Positions 46,749-57,034 of a stretch of DNA of 64,000 nucleotides are shown piece after piece. Positions within the stretch are counted from its first letter, which is position 1. Each line of letters starts with the position of its first letter. A model generated the notes under the pieces. It ran no database searches and was not told where the DNA came from. It worked only from the letters and a program-made list of their open reading frames with translations. This stretch comes from Anaerolineae bacterium (GTDB lineage: Bacteria; Chloroflexota; Anaerolineae; UBA1429): positions 512,001 through 576,000 of the forward strand of contig OY776562.1 in the NCBI GenBank assembly GCA_963675785.1, in the 5' to 3' direction. Made by a program: the position numbers and the translations under genes.

Positions 46749-47702
46749 ATGCGCATTGGGAATCGACCCCATGTGGTGGTCTATACGGATGGCGGCTGTG
46801 ATCCTAACCCTGGTCCTGGCGGTTGGGGTGCTGTATTGGTCTACAAACTCAAGACTCATGAATTGAGTGGAGCCGAGAGGGTTACAACAAACAACCGTAT
46901 GGAGCTGACAGCTGCCATCAAGGCACTTGAAACGCTGACCAAATCGTGCGATGTGCTGCTGATGACCGACTCGCAATATTTGCGGCGCGGCATTACCGAG
47001 TGGCTGAATGACTGGGTGGCCCACGGTTGGCGGAAAAAGGATGGACAGCCAGTTGAGAATATCGACTTGTGGAAGATGCTCGTCAAAGAGGCCTCTCGCC
47101 ACACTGTCGAATGGCGCTGGGTCAAGGGGCATCGTGGGGATGTGCTCAACGAACGGGCGGATCAACTGGCCACGGCCGCACGACAGAATCTGCTATCTGG
47201 CCAGGCATCTACGGTCATTCCGGCGGAAAGGAAACCCACCGAATCGTCAAGGCTAAAAGGGATGCCCCAGATTACTCTCGTTGCTCGTGGATGTGCTCTC
47301 GGAGTGCCGGGACCTGCTGGCTATGCCTGTGTGGTCAAAGAGGGCAAAAAACAAGAGTTGATGGCAGGCCATTGGCCTACTGCCTCGTCCAATCTGATGG
47401 AACTGTGGGCTGTTATCAAGGGACTTCAATCACTGCAAGCGATTTCTCAGGTGACGATCTACTCTGGGTCCAAATACGTATTAAATGGCGCACAGAAATG
47501 GCTCAGTGGCTGGGAGAGCAACGGCTGGCGCACAAGCAGCGGCAAACCAGTCAGCAACAAAGAAACTTGGCTAGAGCTCATTCGTGCTATGGGCGATCAT
47601 GACATTACTTGGCGCCAACTCGATGACACCATACTCGATCTGTCGCGCGAGGCTGCAAGTCGCGCTCGGCAAGAAGCTGAGAGCGCACGAGACCAAACTT
47701 AG
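46749..47702 (+). CDS. rnhA: Ribonuclease HI with a second, degenerate RNase H domain
   Basis: [35 protein letters not shown]; the C-terminal half repeats the fold. Confidence 0.9.
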   Translation: MRIGNRPHVVVYTDGGCDPNPGPGGWGAVLVYKLKTHELSGAERVTTNNRMELTAAIKALETLTKSCDVLLMTDSQYLRRGITEWLNDWVAHGWRKKDGQPVENIDLWKMLVKEASRHTVEWRWVKGHRGDVLNERADQLATAARQNLLSGQASTVIPAERKPTESSRLKGMPQITLVARGCALGVPGPAGYACVVKEGKKQELMAGHWPTASSNLMELWAVIKGLQSLQAISQVTIYSGSKYVLNGAQKWLSGWESNGWRTSSGKPVSNKETWLELIRAMGDHDITWRQLDDTILDLSREAASRARQEAESARDQT

Positions 47703-50311
47703 AGCTTGTCGAGAGCTTGACGGCCGCTGCGCAAGTGGCGAAGCGCATCCTCTGAAAACGGTGTGCCCAGAGCAGTGTCCATCGAACGTTGGGCACTGTT
47801 AATGAGTGCTTGAATACGCGCTGCTTCGTCGAGGCGTTGCTCGGTTCGGGCGGTGGCTTCCTGCCGATGGGCGTGGGCCATCATTTTCTCCAGTGCTAGG
47901 CGCTCGGTGTTGAGTCGGCGAAGAGCACTCTGCAGATGCTGCACAACAGTCGCAAAGGACTGTTCGGCGCGTCGGGCGGCGCTGTTAGCGCGCTGCAAAT
48001 ACTCGCGGGCTTCGGTAAGGGTGCTCGCTCCCGCGCTCTGAGATTCCAACTGCTGTGCGTCTCCCCAGGTATCTCGCGCCAGAGTATCATCGGCTTCTTG
48101 CAAATGCCAGGCGGACTCTGCGGTGAGTGAGACAATTGTCTCTTGATGGGCCTCTATAGCGCTTTTCAGGCTTAGATATTCCCTCGATAGTGTGTCAAGC
48201 GTTTTGCGATCTTGCTCAATCTGGTCGACAGCACGTTCTAGCCGCCGATATAGCGCCTCAGCCTGAATGCTCACTAATTCGCGGAGCTCTCGCGGGCTAT
48301 CCTCGTTAGAATCAACCGCTGTGCGCCAAATACTCAGGTCCATTTCTAGCTGGCCCAAATCTTCCTCGGGATCGGGAGTTTTCCCCGGTTCGAGCCGCTG
48401 TAGCTTTGCCCAGAGCTTGTCAATTCGGCGAATTGCCTCACGCTGTGCCTGGCGATAGCGTTTGACAGAGTCCTGGTGGTCGTGCAGCAGGGCTTGCGCC
48501 TGCTCTTTGACCGCGGGCAACCACTCGGTGAGTGCCTGCTCGAATTGGATTTGCCCCGTATCGCGGTATGACTGGGCTTCGCTCTCGTAATTGGCGACAA
48601 ACAGATCAAAGCGCTGCCGCAATTCAGGCAGCATGGTGTCGGCGGCTTGCCTGAGGGTCGGGATGGTATCTTGATCGAGTTTGACGAGGGCCGTCGATAG
48701 TTCGCGTTCTTGTTTTTTGACGGTTGTAGCGGTCTCGGCCAGCTCGGAGATGATCGCGTCTCCCTGATCTTTGGAGGCGACTGCCTGCTCAAGGGTGGTG
48801 AGAGCCTCATCCAACTCTTCTTGCGTAAAGCGTAGCCCCGTCTGTTCCTCATCGGGTATGTTGCCGACGAGTTTGCGTGCCGTATCCAGTTTTAGCATGG
48901 CCTCACGTGCTTCTCCGGCAACCTGGCTCCAATACTGTGGGTAATTCTGCAATTCCCCCGCCAACGTCTCCAAACGCTCCCGCGAGGTGGAGTAACTCTC
49001 CTCGGAAAGCTGCTCCAGGGCTTGGCGCGCCCGTTTTATCCGGGTGACATCAACTTGAAGGCCGCGATTGGCTTCATCGATCAATTGCTGGCTTTGGTTG
49101 CCAACTTTTAGCGCTTCTTCTAGTGCTTCTCGAGTTCCTCGCAGGCGCAACTCTACAGCCTGTTTGTACAATTCGCGGGCCTGCTGCACGGTTTCGGTTG
49201 TTTTAGTAGCTACAAGGCCATTTTGCGCCTGAGCTGAAACGCGCAGGGCGTCCAGCGCTTCGATTTCGGGAACCAGATTATCAATGGTGGACTGCGAGGC
49301 GCGCATCAAATGCCCATAGCCATCGAGCTGGGTCATCAACGAATCAATGCGGCTATCCAAGCCAATGGCCTCGGCAGTTTGAGTTCTAAGGACCGAGAGT
49401 GTGACTTGGCCAGTTTGAGCGAGCTCATCGATCTGTGGCTTGAGGTCATGGAGTTGTCGATCGATATCACTATCGGTGGCGCCGCGTTCTTTGAGGGTCG
49501 CCCATCTTTCGACAGCCAGCGTGTAGGATGATTGTACCCGGCGCGCCGTACCGCGAGCTTTTTGCTGCGCCTCGGAAGCTTCTGAGACAGCTTTATCAAC
49601 CTGCACAAGGGCTTGGCGTGTATCGGCGATGGTGATGTCGACATCCTGGCTGAGCTCTGGTGTTAGGTTTTTGTTTGCCAGTTTGTCGAGTGCTTTTTCG
49701 ATTGAATCCTGCAGCGCATCGAGTTTCGCACTCGTCTCTTCAAGCCCTTGAATGCCTTCGGCCTGCATTTCTTCGGTAAGCACGCCCAGCCGGCGAATCT
49801 CGGCACGCAGGTCGTTGAGTTCATTGCGAAGCTGCTCGGGGATATGCAGCAGGGCTTGTTCACTAGTGCGGAGCGTTTCGGCAGCAGCTTGAGCGGCCTC
49901 AATGCAGCCCCAGTTCTCGTTGAGCGTACGCTGCGAGCGCAGTACGTCGACCAATGCACGTGGCCCGCGAAGCAGTGTGGCATCGATGGGGCTCAGCACG
50001 ATTGGCTGACCATCGTCGTTGAGTTCGGCAAGATTCGATGCCGTGCCTAACGCATCTCGCAGGGCATCCAGTGAATGAATGGCCTGTTTATCGGGAACAG
50101 CAAAACGTCCGATACGAGGCTCTGATGGCCAGAGGCGGTTGTGCCGGTCGAGGAGTGTGAATAGAACTTGCTTTTGAGTGCGCAGGTTGTCGTACGAACG
50201 GTTTGAAGACTCGGTGCGCCATTGCAAAAAGGAGAGCAAAAACCACGAGCCGAACGCCGTCAACAGGTAGATGCTGACGAACCCTACGATTAATCTGGGA
50301 ATCCAGCTCAC
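47699..50311 (-). CDS. Membrane-anchored long coiled-coil protein
   Basis: Single N-terminal TM then ~830 aa rich in A/E/Q/L/R. GTG start after AAGGAGG. Confidence 0.75.
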   Translation of the reverse strand: MSWIPRLIVGFVSIYLLTAFGSWFLLSFLQWRTESSNRSYDNLRTQKQVLFTLLDRHNRLWPSEPRIGRFAVPDKQAIHSLDALRDALGTASNLAELNDDGQPIVLSPIDATLLRGPRALVDVLRSQRTLNENWGCIEAAQAAAETLRTSEQALLHIPEQLRNELNDLRAEIRRLGVLTEEMQAEGIQGLEETSAKLDALQDSIEKALDKLANKNLTPELSQDVDITIADTRQALVQVDKAVSEASEAQQKARGTARRVQSSYTLAVERWATLKERGATDSDIDRQLHDLKPQIDELAQTGQVTLSVLRTQTAEAIGLDSRIDSLMTQLDGYGHLMRASQSTIDNLVPEIEALDALRVSAQAQNGLVATKTTETVQQARELYKQAVELRLRGTREALEEALKVGNQSQQLIDEANRGLQVDVTRIKRARQALEQLSEESYSTSRERLETLAGELQNYPQYWSQVAGEAREAMLKLDTARKLVGNIPDEEQTGLRFTQEELDEALTTLEQAVASKDQGDAIISELAETATTVKKQERELSTALVKLDQDTIPTLRQAADTMLPELRQRFDLFVANYESEAQSYRDTGQIQFEQALTEWLPAVKEQAQALLHDHQDSVKRYRQAQREAIRRIDKLWAKLQRLEPGKTPDPEEDLGQLEMDLSIWRTAVDSNEDSPRELRELVSIQAEALYRRLERAVDQIEQDRKTLDTLSREYLSLKSAIEAHQETIVSLTAESAWHLQEADDTLARDTWGDAQQLESQSAGASTLTEAREYLQRANSAARRAEQSFATVVQHLQSALRRLNTERLALEKMMAHAHRQEATARTEQRLDEAARIQALINSAQRSMDTALGTPFSEDALRHLRSGRQALDKL

Positions 50312-50378
50312 GAGTTCCTCCTTGCCATAACATGTCCTTATCGAGTCTACGCGTTGTTGAGGCCCTGTGTCAAGACAA

Positions 50379-50407
50379 GAACGCCGGAGCAAAAGCTACC
50401 GGCGTTC
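50379..50407 (-). terminator. Hairpin after ANTAR regulator
   Basis: GAACGCCGG..CCGGCGTTC stem; short T-rich tail on the minus strand. Confidence 0.55.
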
Positions 50408-50429
50408 AGAAGACAAACAAAAAGAGGAA

Positions 50430-51011
50430 CTAGGCGCCCACTTCGTGAGTCAGGATGATCGCCTGAGCGATCTCTTTCATCGATTTACGGGTATTCATGG
50501 ACATCTTCTGGATGCGTCGGAAAGCCTCAGACTCTGAGAGCGACTGGGTATCCATGAGGATTCCCTTGGCCCGGTCAACAAGTTTGCGTGTTTCTAGCTG
50601 CTCGGCAAGGTCGTCCACTTCCTTTTCGAGTTCGCGGAACTCGGCAAAGCGAGATAGTGCGATTTCGATGGCGGGTGCGAGATCGGCTTCTTGTACAGGT
50701 TTGACCAAATAACCTACAACGCCGGCCTCTTTGGCGCGGTCGATGAGTTCTCTCTGGCTAAAGGCTGTCAGCAAAACCACAGGTGCGATGCGCTCCTCGG
50801 TGAGGATTCGTGCGGCTTCAATGCCATCCATATCAGGCATACGCACATCCATGATGACAACCTCGGGGCGCAGCTCTCTAGCGAGGTTGACGGCGCTTTT
50901 CCCATCTCCTGCTTCGCCGACAACCAGGTAACCCAGGTTGTTCAGCATTTCTCGCAGATCCATGCAAATGACAGATTCATCATCTGCGATGACGATTCGA
51001 ATGCGTTCCAT
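50430..51011 (-). CDS. REC-ANTAR response regulator (PdtaR/EutV-like)
   Basis: IADDE, MDVRMP, KP; ANTAR signature RKLVDRAKGILM..SESEAFRRIQKMSM. Confidence 0.93.
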   Translation of the reverse strand: MERIRIVIADDESVICMDLREMLNNLGYLVVGEAGDGKSAVNLARELRPEVVIMDVRMPDMDGIEAARILTEERIAPVVLLTAFSQRELIDRAKEAGVVGYLVKPVQEADLAPAIEIALSRFAEFRELEKEVDDLAEQLETRKLVDRAKGILMDTQSLSESEAFRRIQKMSMNTRKSMKEIAQAIILTHEVGA

Positions 51012-51014
51012 GTT

Positions 51015-52505
51015 CTATTCACCTCCCCAAAGGGCTTTATCGAAACTGACCACAACGCGTGTACCTTCCATCGACAAGAGCTGTAACCTGCCCCTAAGAT
51101 CTCTCTCGACCATGCTCTTGACGATTCTCAGTCCGAGATGGGCGTCAGTATCGAGGTTAAAACCCTCTGGTAAACCTTGTCCATCATCTTGAACTACTAT
51201 ACTTACAGAATCGCCGTGGTCAACTAGAGAAACTTCTACCAAGCCACCCTTGCTATTATCAATGCCGTGTTCTATGGCATTCTGAACCAATTCATTCACA
51301 ACCAAAGAACATCTTGTAGCTTGCTCGGCAGGAAGCCAGATACTTTCTCCTTGGACGGAAAGCCTGATGCTGCTAGAAGGGTCGAGCAGACTTTGCCGAA
51401 TCTGGTGCACAATTCGCGTTGCGATTTCCTTCAAATCAATGGTGCCTGTGGCGCCTTGTGATAGAAATTCATGCACTACCGCTACGCTCTGAATTCTGCT
51501 GACGCTTTCCTCCAGAGCGCTACGGGCCTCTTGGGATTCTACACGTCGGGCCTGCATTTGCAGCAGCGAAGCGATCACTTGTAGGTTATTCTTGACCCGA
51601 TGGTGAACCTCTCGAAGCATGGCGGTCTTACTCTCAAGCTCGCGCTGTGCTTCAAGGGCTTCGGTGGCATCGTGGAGCAGAATAAAGACACCATAGGGTA
51701 CTATACGCCCTCGTATGGGGCGTTTCAACGATCGACGTAGGCGGTTTCTCAGATTGAGTGCCGGTGCATTGATGGGCAGAGATTTGCGTATCCAGGTGAG
51801 GCCGTATTGTTCGTCCTGGCGTTCGTATCCGATAGATTGCCCCAGCGTATGTTCGACCATTTCGGTATCGACAGTAGCCAGTTGGTCTATCGATACGCCC
51901 ACAAGGCTATCTCGAAATCCCAAACGTCGATACATGCTTTGGGCAATACCGCTCATGTATTGGATTCGACGATCCGCGCCTACAAGTAAAAGTCCATCAT
52001 GCTCACCAAAAGGTGTAAGGCTCTCGCGCGGATAAAGTTCGCCACGCAGAACCATGCGCACAAACTCGTTCAAGCCTTGCTGAAATGCCAAACTGCGCCG
52101 TCGATGTCGCTCGTAGGCCAACCAGTATGAATCAGAAGCGAGGACCGCGATAATCTGGCCAGTGTGGTCGCGGACCCGGTAAACTTCTCGTGCTACGGTG
52201 GCGCCCCTTACCGTAACGGTATAAACGATACCTTCTTTGCCGTGGCCTTCAAGCGCATCTAGAATATCCTGGTGTCCACGTGTACCTACATAGACACCCA
52301 CACGGCTCGTCTTGTAGAGGGGGGATACAGAATGCGGCATGGATTGGGCAATCGTGAGCGCCCGGCCGTCCGGACTTTTGGCATAGAGAAGCAAGTCGGC
52401 GCGACACACGTCGGCAAGGATGGACATATTGGCGCACAGCGCCTTCAATCGATTGAACTGAGCTTGATTCAGATCAAGCTTATCAAGCGTATCTTCCCCC
52501 ATCAT
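51015..52505 (-). CDS. Soluble sensor histidine kinase, HisKA_2 type (PdtaS/EutW-like)
   Basis: LADVCRADLLLY N-domain, EVHHRVKNNLQ, NELVQNAIEH, DDGQG, LGL. Confidence 0.92.
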   Translation of the reverse strand: MMGEDTLDKLDLNQAQFNRLKALCANMSILADVCRADLLLYAKSPDGRALTIAQSMPHSVSPLYKTSRVGVYVGTRGHQDILDALEGHGKEGIVYTVTVRGATVAREVYRVRDHTGQIIAVLASDSYWLAYERHRRRSLAFQQGLNEFVRMVLRGELYPRESLTPFGEHDGLLLVGADRRIQYMSGIAQSMYRRLGFRDSLVGVSIDQLATVDTEMVEHTLGQSIGYERQDEQYGLTWIRKSLPINAPALNLRNRLRRSLKRPIRGRIVPYGVFILLHDATEALEAQRELESKTAMLREVHHRVKNNLQVIASLLQMQARRVESQEARSALEESVSRIQSVAVVHEFLSQGATGTIDLKEIATRIVHQIRQSLLDPSSSIRLSVQGESIWLPAEQATRCSLVVNELVQNAIEHGIDNSKGGLVEVSLVDHGDSVSIVVQDDGQGLPEGFNLDTDAHLGLRIVKSMVERDLRGRLQLLSMEGTRVVVSFDKALWGGE

Positions 52506-52632
52506 GGAACGATTATATCACAAGCGGCATTCATCTTGAAACAAGGGGCGGGCAATATTAGTTTAGATTGTTAGTTGGTAGCACTGTCTGGCACTGGTAT
52601 AATCTGAGCATCTTTTTAGCAGGAGCGTGTAG

Positions 52633-53508
52633 ATGGAGAGTCAACCCCGTCGTTCATTTGGTTATTACCTGGGGCTCGTGTTCAAAGGCATGGGCTATGG
52701 CATGACGCATATTGTTCCAGGCATCGGTGGCGGCATAGTTCTTGTGGTCATGGGCATCTATGAGGATTTTGTCGAGGCCATTGGCAACTTTTTTGTGCGT
52801 CGCGATCGTTGGCGTATCTACATACCGTTCATACTTTGCCTTGGCTTGGGTATGGTCATCGCCATGCTGGCACTCTCTCGGGTTATCACTGATGTGACGG
52901 ACGCTTACCCCGTAGCGACGGCCTTTTTCTTTATGGGCTTGCTGGTGGGCACGATCCCCAGCGTATTCGCGCTACATGATGATATGCGTTTTACACCAAA
53001 ACGAGGCCTGGCCCTTGTCATTGGGTTGGCCATTGTAGTGGGCTTTCGTATTTTGCAGGATCGTGTAGGTGTGCGAGATGCCGGATCTCTTACGGGCGTT
53101 GGCGGGCTCAGCTACAACGCACTAACCAGTTTTGTGGCCGGTGGGGCTAGCGTTACACCCGGGTTGGATGGCACTTATATCTGGTTGCTGGCGGGCAGTT
53201 ATGATGTGATCATTGGGGCCATTAAACAAATCACCGAGCTCAATTTTCAGTGGGGCTTGCTTATTTCAGCCGGTGTTGGTGCGGTGGCTGGCATCCTGGT
53301 GTTCTCTAAAGTCATCGACTCCTTTTTCAAAAAGAGTCCCTCGATAGCGTATTACGCCGTTTTGGGTATGCTGACGGGTTCTGTCTATGGCTTGTGGCCC
53401 ACAGAACAGCGTTCGGAGAACTTGTTCGTGGTCATTGCCTGCTTTGTCGTTGGCACAGCGATCGCTTATTTTATGGGGCGCAAAGAAAGCCAACTGGATA
53501 TCGACTAG
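52633..53508 (+). CDS. DUF368 family membrane protein (undecaprenyl-phosphate translocase family)
   Basis: KGMGYG..IVPGIGGG..GIYE, FFMGLLVGT, PGLDG..LAGSY, G..GS...LWP. Confidence 0.85.
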   Translation: MESQPRRSFGYYLGLVFKGMGYGMTHIVPGIGGGIVLVVMGIYEDFVEAIGNFFVRRDRWRIYIPFILCLGLGMVIAMLALSRVITDVTDAYPVATAFFFMGLLVGTIPSVFALHDDMRFTPKRGLALVIGLAIVVGFRILQDRVGVRDAGSLTGVGGLSYNALTSFVAGGASVTPGLDGTYIWLLAGSYDVIIGAIKQITELNFQWGLLISAGVGAVAGILVFSKVIDSFFKKSPSIAYYAVLGMLTGSVYGLWPTEQRSENLFVVIACFVVGTAIAYFMGRKESQLDID

Positions 53509-53519
53509 CTGCTACACAA

Positions 53520-53558
53520 AAAAAGACGGGGTCTGAAACATTCAAACCCCGTCTTTTT
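53520..53558. terminator. Bidirectional intrinsic terminator
   Basis: AAAAAGACGGGGT ... ACCCCGTCTTTTT between convergent genes. Confidence 0.88.
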
Positions 53559-53563
53559 CTTTG

Positions 53564-54412
53564 TTAGTCGTACCATTCCCAGGTAATCACTTGTGACAGC
53601 TCCGCAGTGGCAAAGCTTTCTGGTGCATCGACTTGCAACGACCAGGTGGATTCTTCTCCGGGCTGAATGACGACCGCATCCGCATAGGTGCCGGCTGTGG
53701 CCAAAAAGCCACCGTCGGCATTGAGCAACAAGATGTTGATGCGCACATAGGCCATAGCCTGAGAGGCCTCGTTAGCGACTGCGCCGCTGACTTGGACTTG
53801 GCCGTCTACCAGTTCCCACGTCCAGTCGGTCACCACAGCCTGGGTTACAGCAGCTGTAGCTGTGGCCGTGGCAGCGGTACTATTGCTTGCTGTAGGGGTA
53901 GCCGTAGCAGCGCTTCCTCCTGGCACATAGGGAACGCTAGGGGCGACAGTCCAGGTGGGGGCCGCAATAGGATCGTTCTGGATAGTGGCCGGGGGCTCGA
54001 CTGTCACTTGGTAGGGTGCTGTGGGCTGGGCAGTGCGGATTGAGGCTGGCGTCAGCGTTGCTGAGATAAAGACAGTGGCTGCGGGGCCAGCTAGCCAACT
54101 AAAAGTCGGTGTTGGAGAAAGAGTGAGCGTCGGCGTCGCGAGTGCCCCGATAGTCTCCGCGACGTTAGGCGTTGCTGGCATCATTTTGGGCGTAGGTGAG
54201 GGCATGGCGGATGCTGTGGCAGCTTGGGCAACCTGCCCGGCGGCAATAGTTTGCCCCAATTGCTGCACGCTTTCTAGCGAAGATTCTTCTTTGGGACGCA
54301 TATAGCTATAGCTACAACCAGCCAGAATCAGCACCATCACCAAAAGGGCTGTCATAATCAGCCTTATTGGTCTGTTAATGCTTGTTGTGCTAGAGCGGTT
54401 TCCGCTTGACAT
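53564..54412 (-). CDS. Lipoprotein with Pro/Thr/Ala linker and FxLYD-like C-terminal domain
   Basis: Lipobox LAGC; VSGAVAN...YVRINILLLNADG...IQPGE. Confidence 0.75.
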   Translation of the reverse strand: MSSGNRSSTTSINRPIRLIMTALLVMVLILAGCSYSYMRPKEESSLESVQQLGQTIAAGQVAQAATASAMPSPTPKMMPATPNVAETIGALATPTLTLSPTPTFSWLAGPAATVFISATLTPASIRTAQPTAPYQVTVEPPATIQNDPIAAPTWTVAPSVPYVPGGSAATATPTASNSTAATATATAAVTQAVVTDWTWELVDGQVQVSGAVANEASQAMAYVRINILLLNADGGFLATAGTYADAVVIQPGEESTWSLQVDAPESFATAELSQVITWEWYD

Positions 54413-54480
54413 GCTTACCTCGTTCGTGCATAGTCACACCCAGTTCATACTGTTACAAGTTTAACCACAAGGAGCTCAAC

Positions 54481-55257
54481 ATGGCAAGAACAATTCCCAT
54501 CGGGATGTGCCTCTCCCCCGACAGTGTTCCGGCACTGGCACCTGGCTACGATTATCTCGAGTTTGGCGTTTCCTCGACACTATCGCCATTGACGAGTGAT
54601 GCCGACTTTGCACCAGAAATGGCCAAGATCAAGGCCCTCAAGCCCGTCGTGGGTGCATTCAACCTGTTTGTCCCCGGCGATATTCGTGTAACGGGCCCCG
54701 AGATCGATCAGTGCAAGGTCGAACGCTATGTCGAGAGCGCCATCAAACGCGTTCAAGATGTGGGTGCGGATATCATCGTCTTTGGCAGCGGCGGCGCTCG
54801 TAAGGTGGCCGAGGGCTACAATCGCATCAAGGCCTGGGACGAACTGATCGCTTTCTGCAACCTCGTGGCTGACAAGGCTGCAGGCACAGGCGTGACGGTG
54901 GTCATCGAGCCGCTCAACATGAAAGAGTGCAACATCCTTACCAGCTATGCCGAGGGCGTCGAACTGGCCAAAGAGGTCAAGCGAGACGAGATCAAGGTGC
55001 TGGCCGACATTTTCCACTTTATGATGGACGGTGAGCCGCTCGAAGATATCGTCAAGGGTGCCGACTGGCTCTACCACGTGCACCTTGCCGATACCGGCCG
55101 TCTTTACCCCGGCAGTGGCAGCTATCCCAACAAGGAACTGTTTGATATTCTCCACGATATCGACTACAAGGGCAAGGCATCCGTCGAATGTCGCTGGGGC
55201 GATGACTTTACCGCTGAGAGCGCCAAGGCACTGGCTTTTTTGCGCGAACTCGCCTGA
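54481..55257 (+). CDS. Sugar-phosphate isomerase/epimerase (xylose isomerase-like TIM barrel)
   Basis: VFGSGGAR, IEPLN..E, ADIFH, HVHLAD, SVE; AAGGAG SD before ATG 54481. Confidence 0.88.
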   Translation: MARTIPIGMCLSPDSVPALAPGYDYLEFGVSSTLSPLTSDADFAPEMAKIKALKPVVGAFNLFVPGDIRVTGPEIDQCKVERYVESAIKRVQDVGADIIVFGSGGARKVAEGYNRIKAWDELIAFCNLVADKAAGTGVTVVIEPLNMKECNILTSYAEGVELAKEVKRDEIKVLADIFHFMMDGEPLEDIVKGADWLYHVHLADTGRLYPGSGSYPNKELFDILHDIDYKGKASVECRWGDDFTAESAKALAFLRELA

Positions 55258-55268
55258 TCACAACGTTC

Positions 55269-55307
55269 AAACGGCGGACAGATTCAATCTGTCCGCCGTT
55301 TTTGTTT
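55269..55307. terminator. Intrinsic terminator
   Basis: AAACGGCGGACAGAT-TCA-ATCTGTCCGCCGTTT followed by a T-rich tail. Confidence 0.88.
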
Positions 55308-55325
55308 ATAGGAGAAAGGTGTGAC

Positions 55326-55754
55326 TCACGCCCAGGGATCGATAGGCTCGTCGTGAGACCCCAGGGTTTCCGTATCGGTCTCGGTGCTAGATGAGGGTTT
55401 GCTCTTGGGGGTAAAGAGCTCATCGATAAAGCTGCGCACTTTTTCATCGACGGACTGTCCGATGTCTTTCCAATCTGCATCGGGCTGTTCGCCTACCACG
55501 CGCGCCGTACCGCTACGAGCCTCTTGTTCGATCCTTTCCCCGATCGTCTTCCATTCGGCTGATTCGTCCAGTCCGGCAGAGCGAGCAGTGCTCTTGCGAA
55601 CGGCGTCACTATAGCCTTTGCCTATGGTATCCCAATCGGCGTCGTCATCTACTTTGGCCAGGCGAGCGGCTTCACGGCGCACCTGCTGCCCGATTTCGCG
55701 AAGGATGTCGCCCCATTCCTGGGCGCCCGTTCTCTTGTCTTCATTCCCCGTCAT
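55326..55754 (-). CDS. Hypothetical protein with ~27-aa helical repeats
   Basis: AGGAGG SD before ATG 55754; repeating A[D/E]WxxIG...[V/A]R...AR. Confidence 0.75.
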   Translation of the reverse strand: MTGNEDKRTGAQEWGDILREIGQQVRREAARLAKVDDDADWDTIGKGYSDAVRKSTARSAGLDESAEWKTIGERIEQEARSGTARVVGEQPDADWKDIGQSVDEKVRSFIDELFTPKSKPSSSTETDTETLGSHDEPIDPWA

Positions 55755-55904
55755 TCGTGCCCTCCTGCGGCTTGTGCCGCAATGTGTTCCAGTTCTAACT
55801 TCTATACGCAAAAATTTGGTCTGGGTTGTAAGTAGTAGACGTGATGAACAGCAATGGCTAGAATGGGCGAGCTAATAAAGAGTCTGTATGTTGAGGAGGC
55901 AATT

Positions 55905-56963
55905 GTGGAGAGTGCGCGCCCGCTTCACATCATCAATAGCGTAGCACCGATTCGCGTGTGTGACAATGGCGGTTGGACCGATACCTGGTTCGCCCAGCAC
56001 GGGCGCATCTTTAATATCGGCGTTTATCCCTATGTCGAAGTGCAGATTGCGGTGTACAATCGCGAAGAACGCGATGAGCGCTGTATTCTGCACGCCGAAA
56101 ACTTTGGCCAGCGTTATGCCCTGCACCCCGAGAACGACCGTAAGGAGTGGCTCCATCATCCTCTGCTGGAGGCTGCCATTGATTACATGGGTGTGCCCGA
56201 GGATCTGGCCGTGCAAATCTCGATTTATTCTGAGGCACCCGCGGGCTGCTCCACCGGAACCTCGGCAGCGGTGAGCGTAGCTCTTATAGGTGCGTTGGAT
56301 CAACTCACGCCCGGGCGCATCACTCCCTTGGAGGTGGCCTATACGGCCCATCGCATCGAGACCGACATTCTCGGGCAGCAGTCGGGCATTCAGGATCAAC
56401 TTTGCTCGGCCTTTGGCGGTATCAACTATATCGAGATGTTCGATTACCCTTACGCCGCCGTATCCTCCATCAATGTGTCCAACAGCATTTGGTGGGAATT
56501 GGAGCGGCGTCTTTGCCTGATCTTTTTGGGGAGGTCACATTCTTCCTCGGCGGTGCACGAGATGGTCATTACCGGCTTGCAGGATGCCGGCCCGGATAGC
56601 CCCAAGCTGGAGGCGTTACGGCAAACGGCTGTCGCCTCGCGCAATGCCATGTATGCTGGTGATTTTGCCGCCCTGGGTGCGGCTATGGCCTGTAACACCG
56701 AGGGCCAACGCAACTTACATCCCCAACTCATCAGCAGCGAGGCCCAGCAGGTTATCGATATCGCCCGCGAGTATGGCGCTCTGGGTTGGAAGGTCAACGG
56801 TGCCGGCGGCGAGGGTGGCTCGATCACGCTGCTCTCTGGCCCTTCTATGAGCCAAAAACGGGCTATGGTGCGTGCCATTGAAGAGACTGATCCGCTGTTC
56901 CAGAACATCCCGCTCTATCTCAGTCGCTACGGATTGCGTGTCTGGACGGCGGAAGGGGAGTAA
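55905..56963 (+). CDS. GHMP kinase (HddA/heptose-7-phosphate kinase-like)
   Basis: APIRVCDNGGWTD, PAGCSTGTSAA, GIQDQ..AFGG, KVNGAGGEGG. GTG at 55905 after GAGGAGG. Confidence 0.85.
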   Translation: MESARPLHIINSVAPIRVCDNGGWTDTWFAQHGRIFNIGVYPYVEVQIAVYNREERDERCILHAENFGQRYALHPENDRKEWLHHPLLEAAIDYMGVPEDLAVQISIYSEAPAGCSTGTSAAVSVALIGALDQLTPGRITPLEVAYTAHRIETDILGQQSGIQDQLCSAFGGINYIEMFDYPYAAVSSINVSNSIWWELERRLCLIFLGRSHSSSAVHEMVITGLQDAGPDSPKLEALRQTAVASRNAMYAGDFAALGAAMACNTEGQRNLHPQLISSEAQQVIDIAREYGALGWKVNGAGGEGGSITLLSGPSMSQKRAMVRAIEETDPLFQNIPLYLSRYGLRVWTAEGE

Positions 56964-56985
56964 GCTGGAGCTGGGATTTAAACGT

Positions 56986-57019
56986 AAAAAGGGGTATCGC
57001 CTAAGCGATACCCCTTTTT
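56986..57019. terminator. Bidirectional intrinsic terminator
   Basis: AAAAAGGGGTATCGC-CTAA-GCGATACCCCTTTTT. Confidence 0.9.
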
Positions 57020-57034
57020 GCGTTTGGTGTGGTT

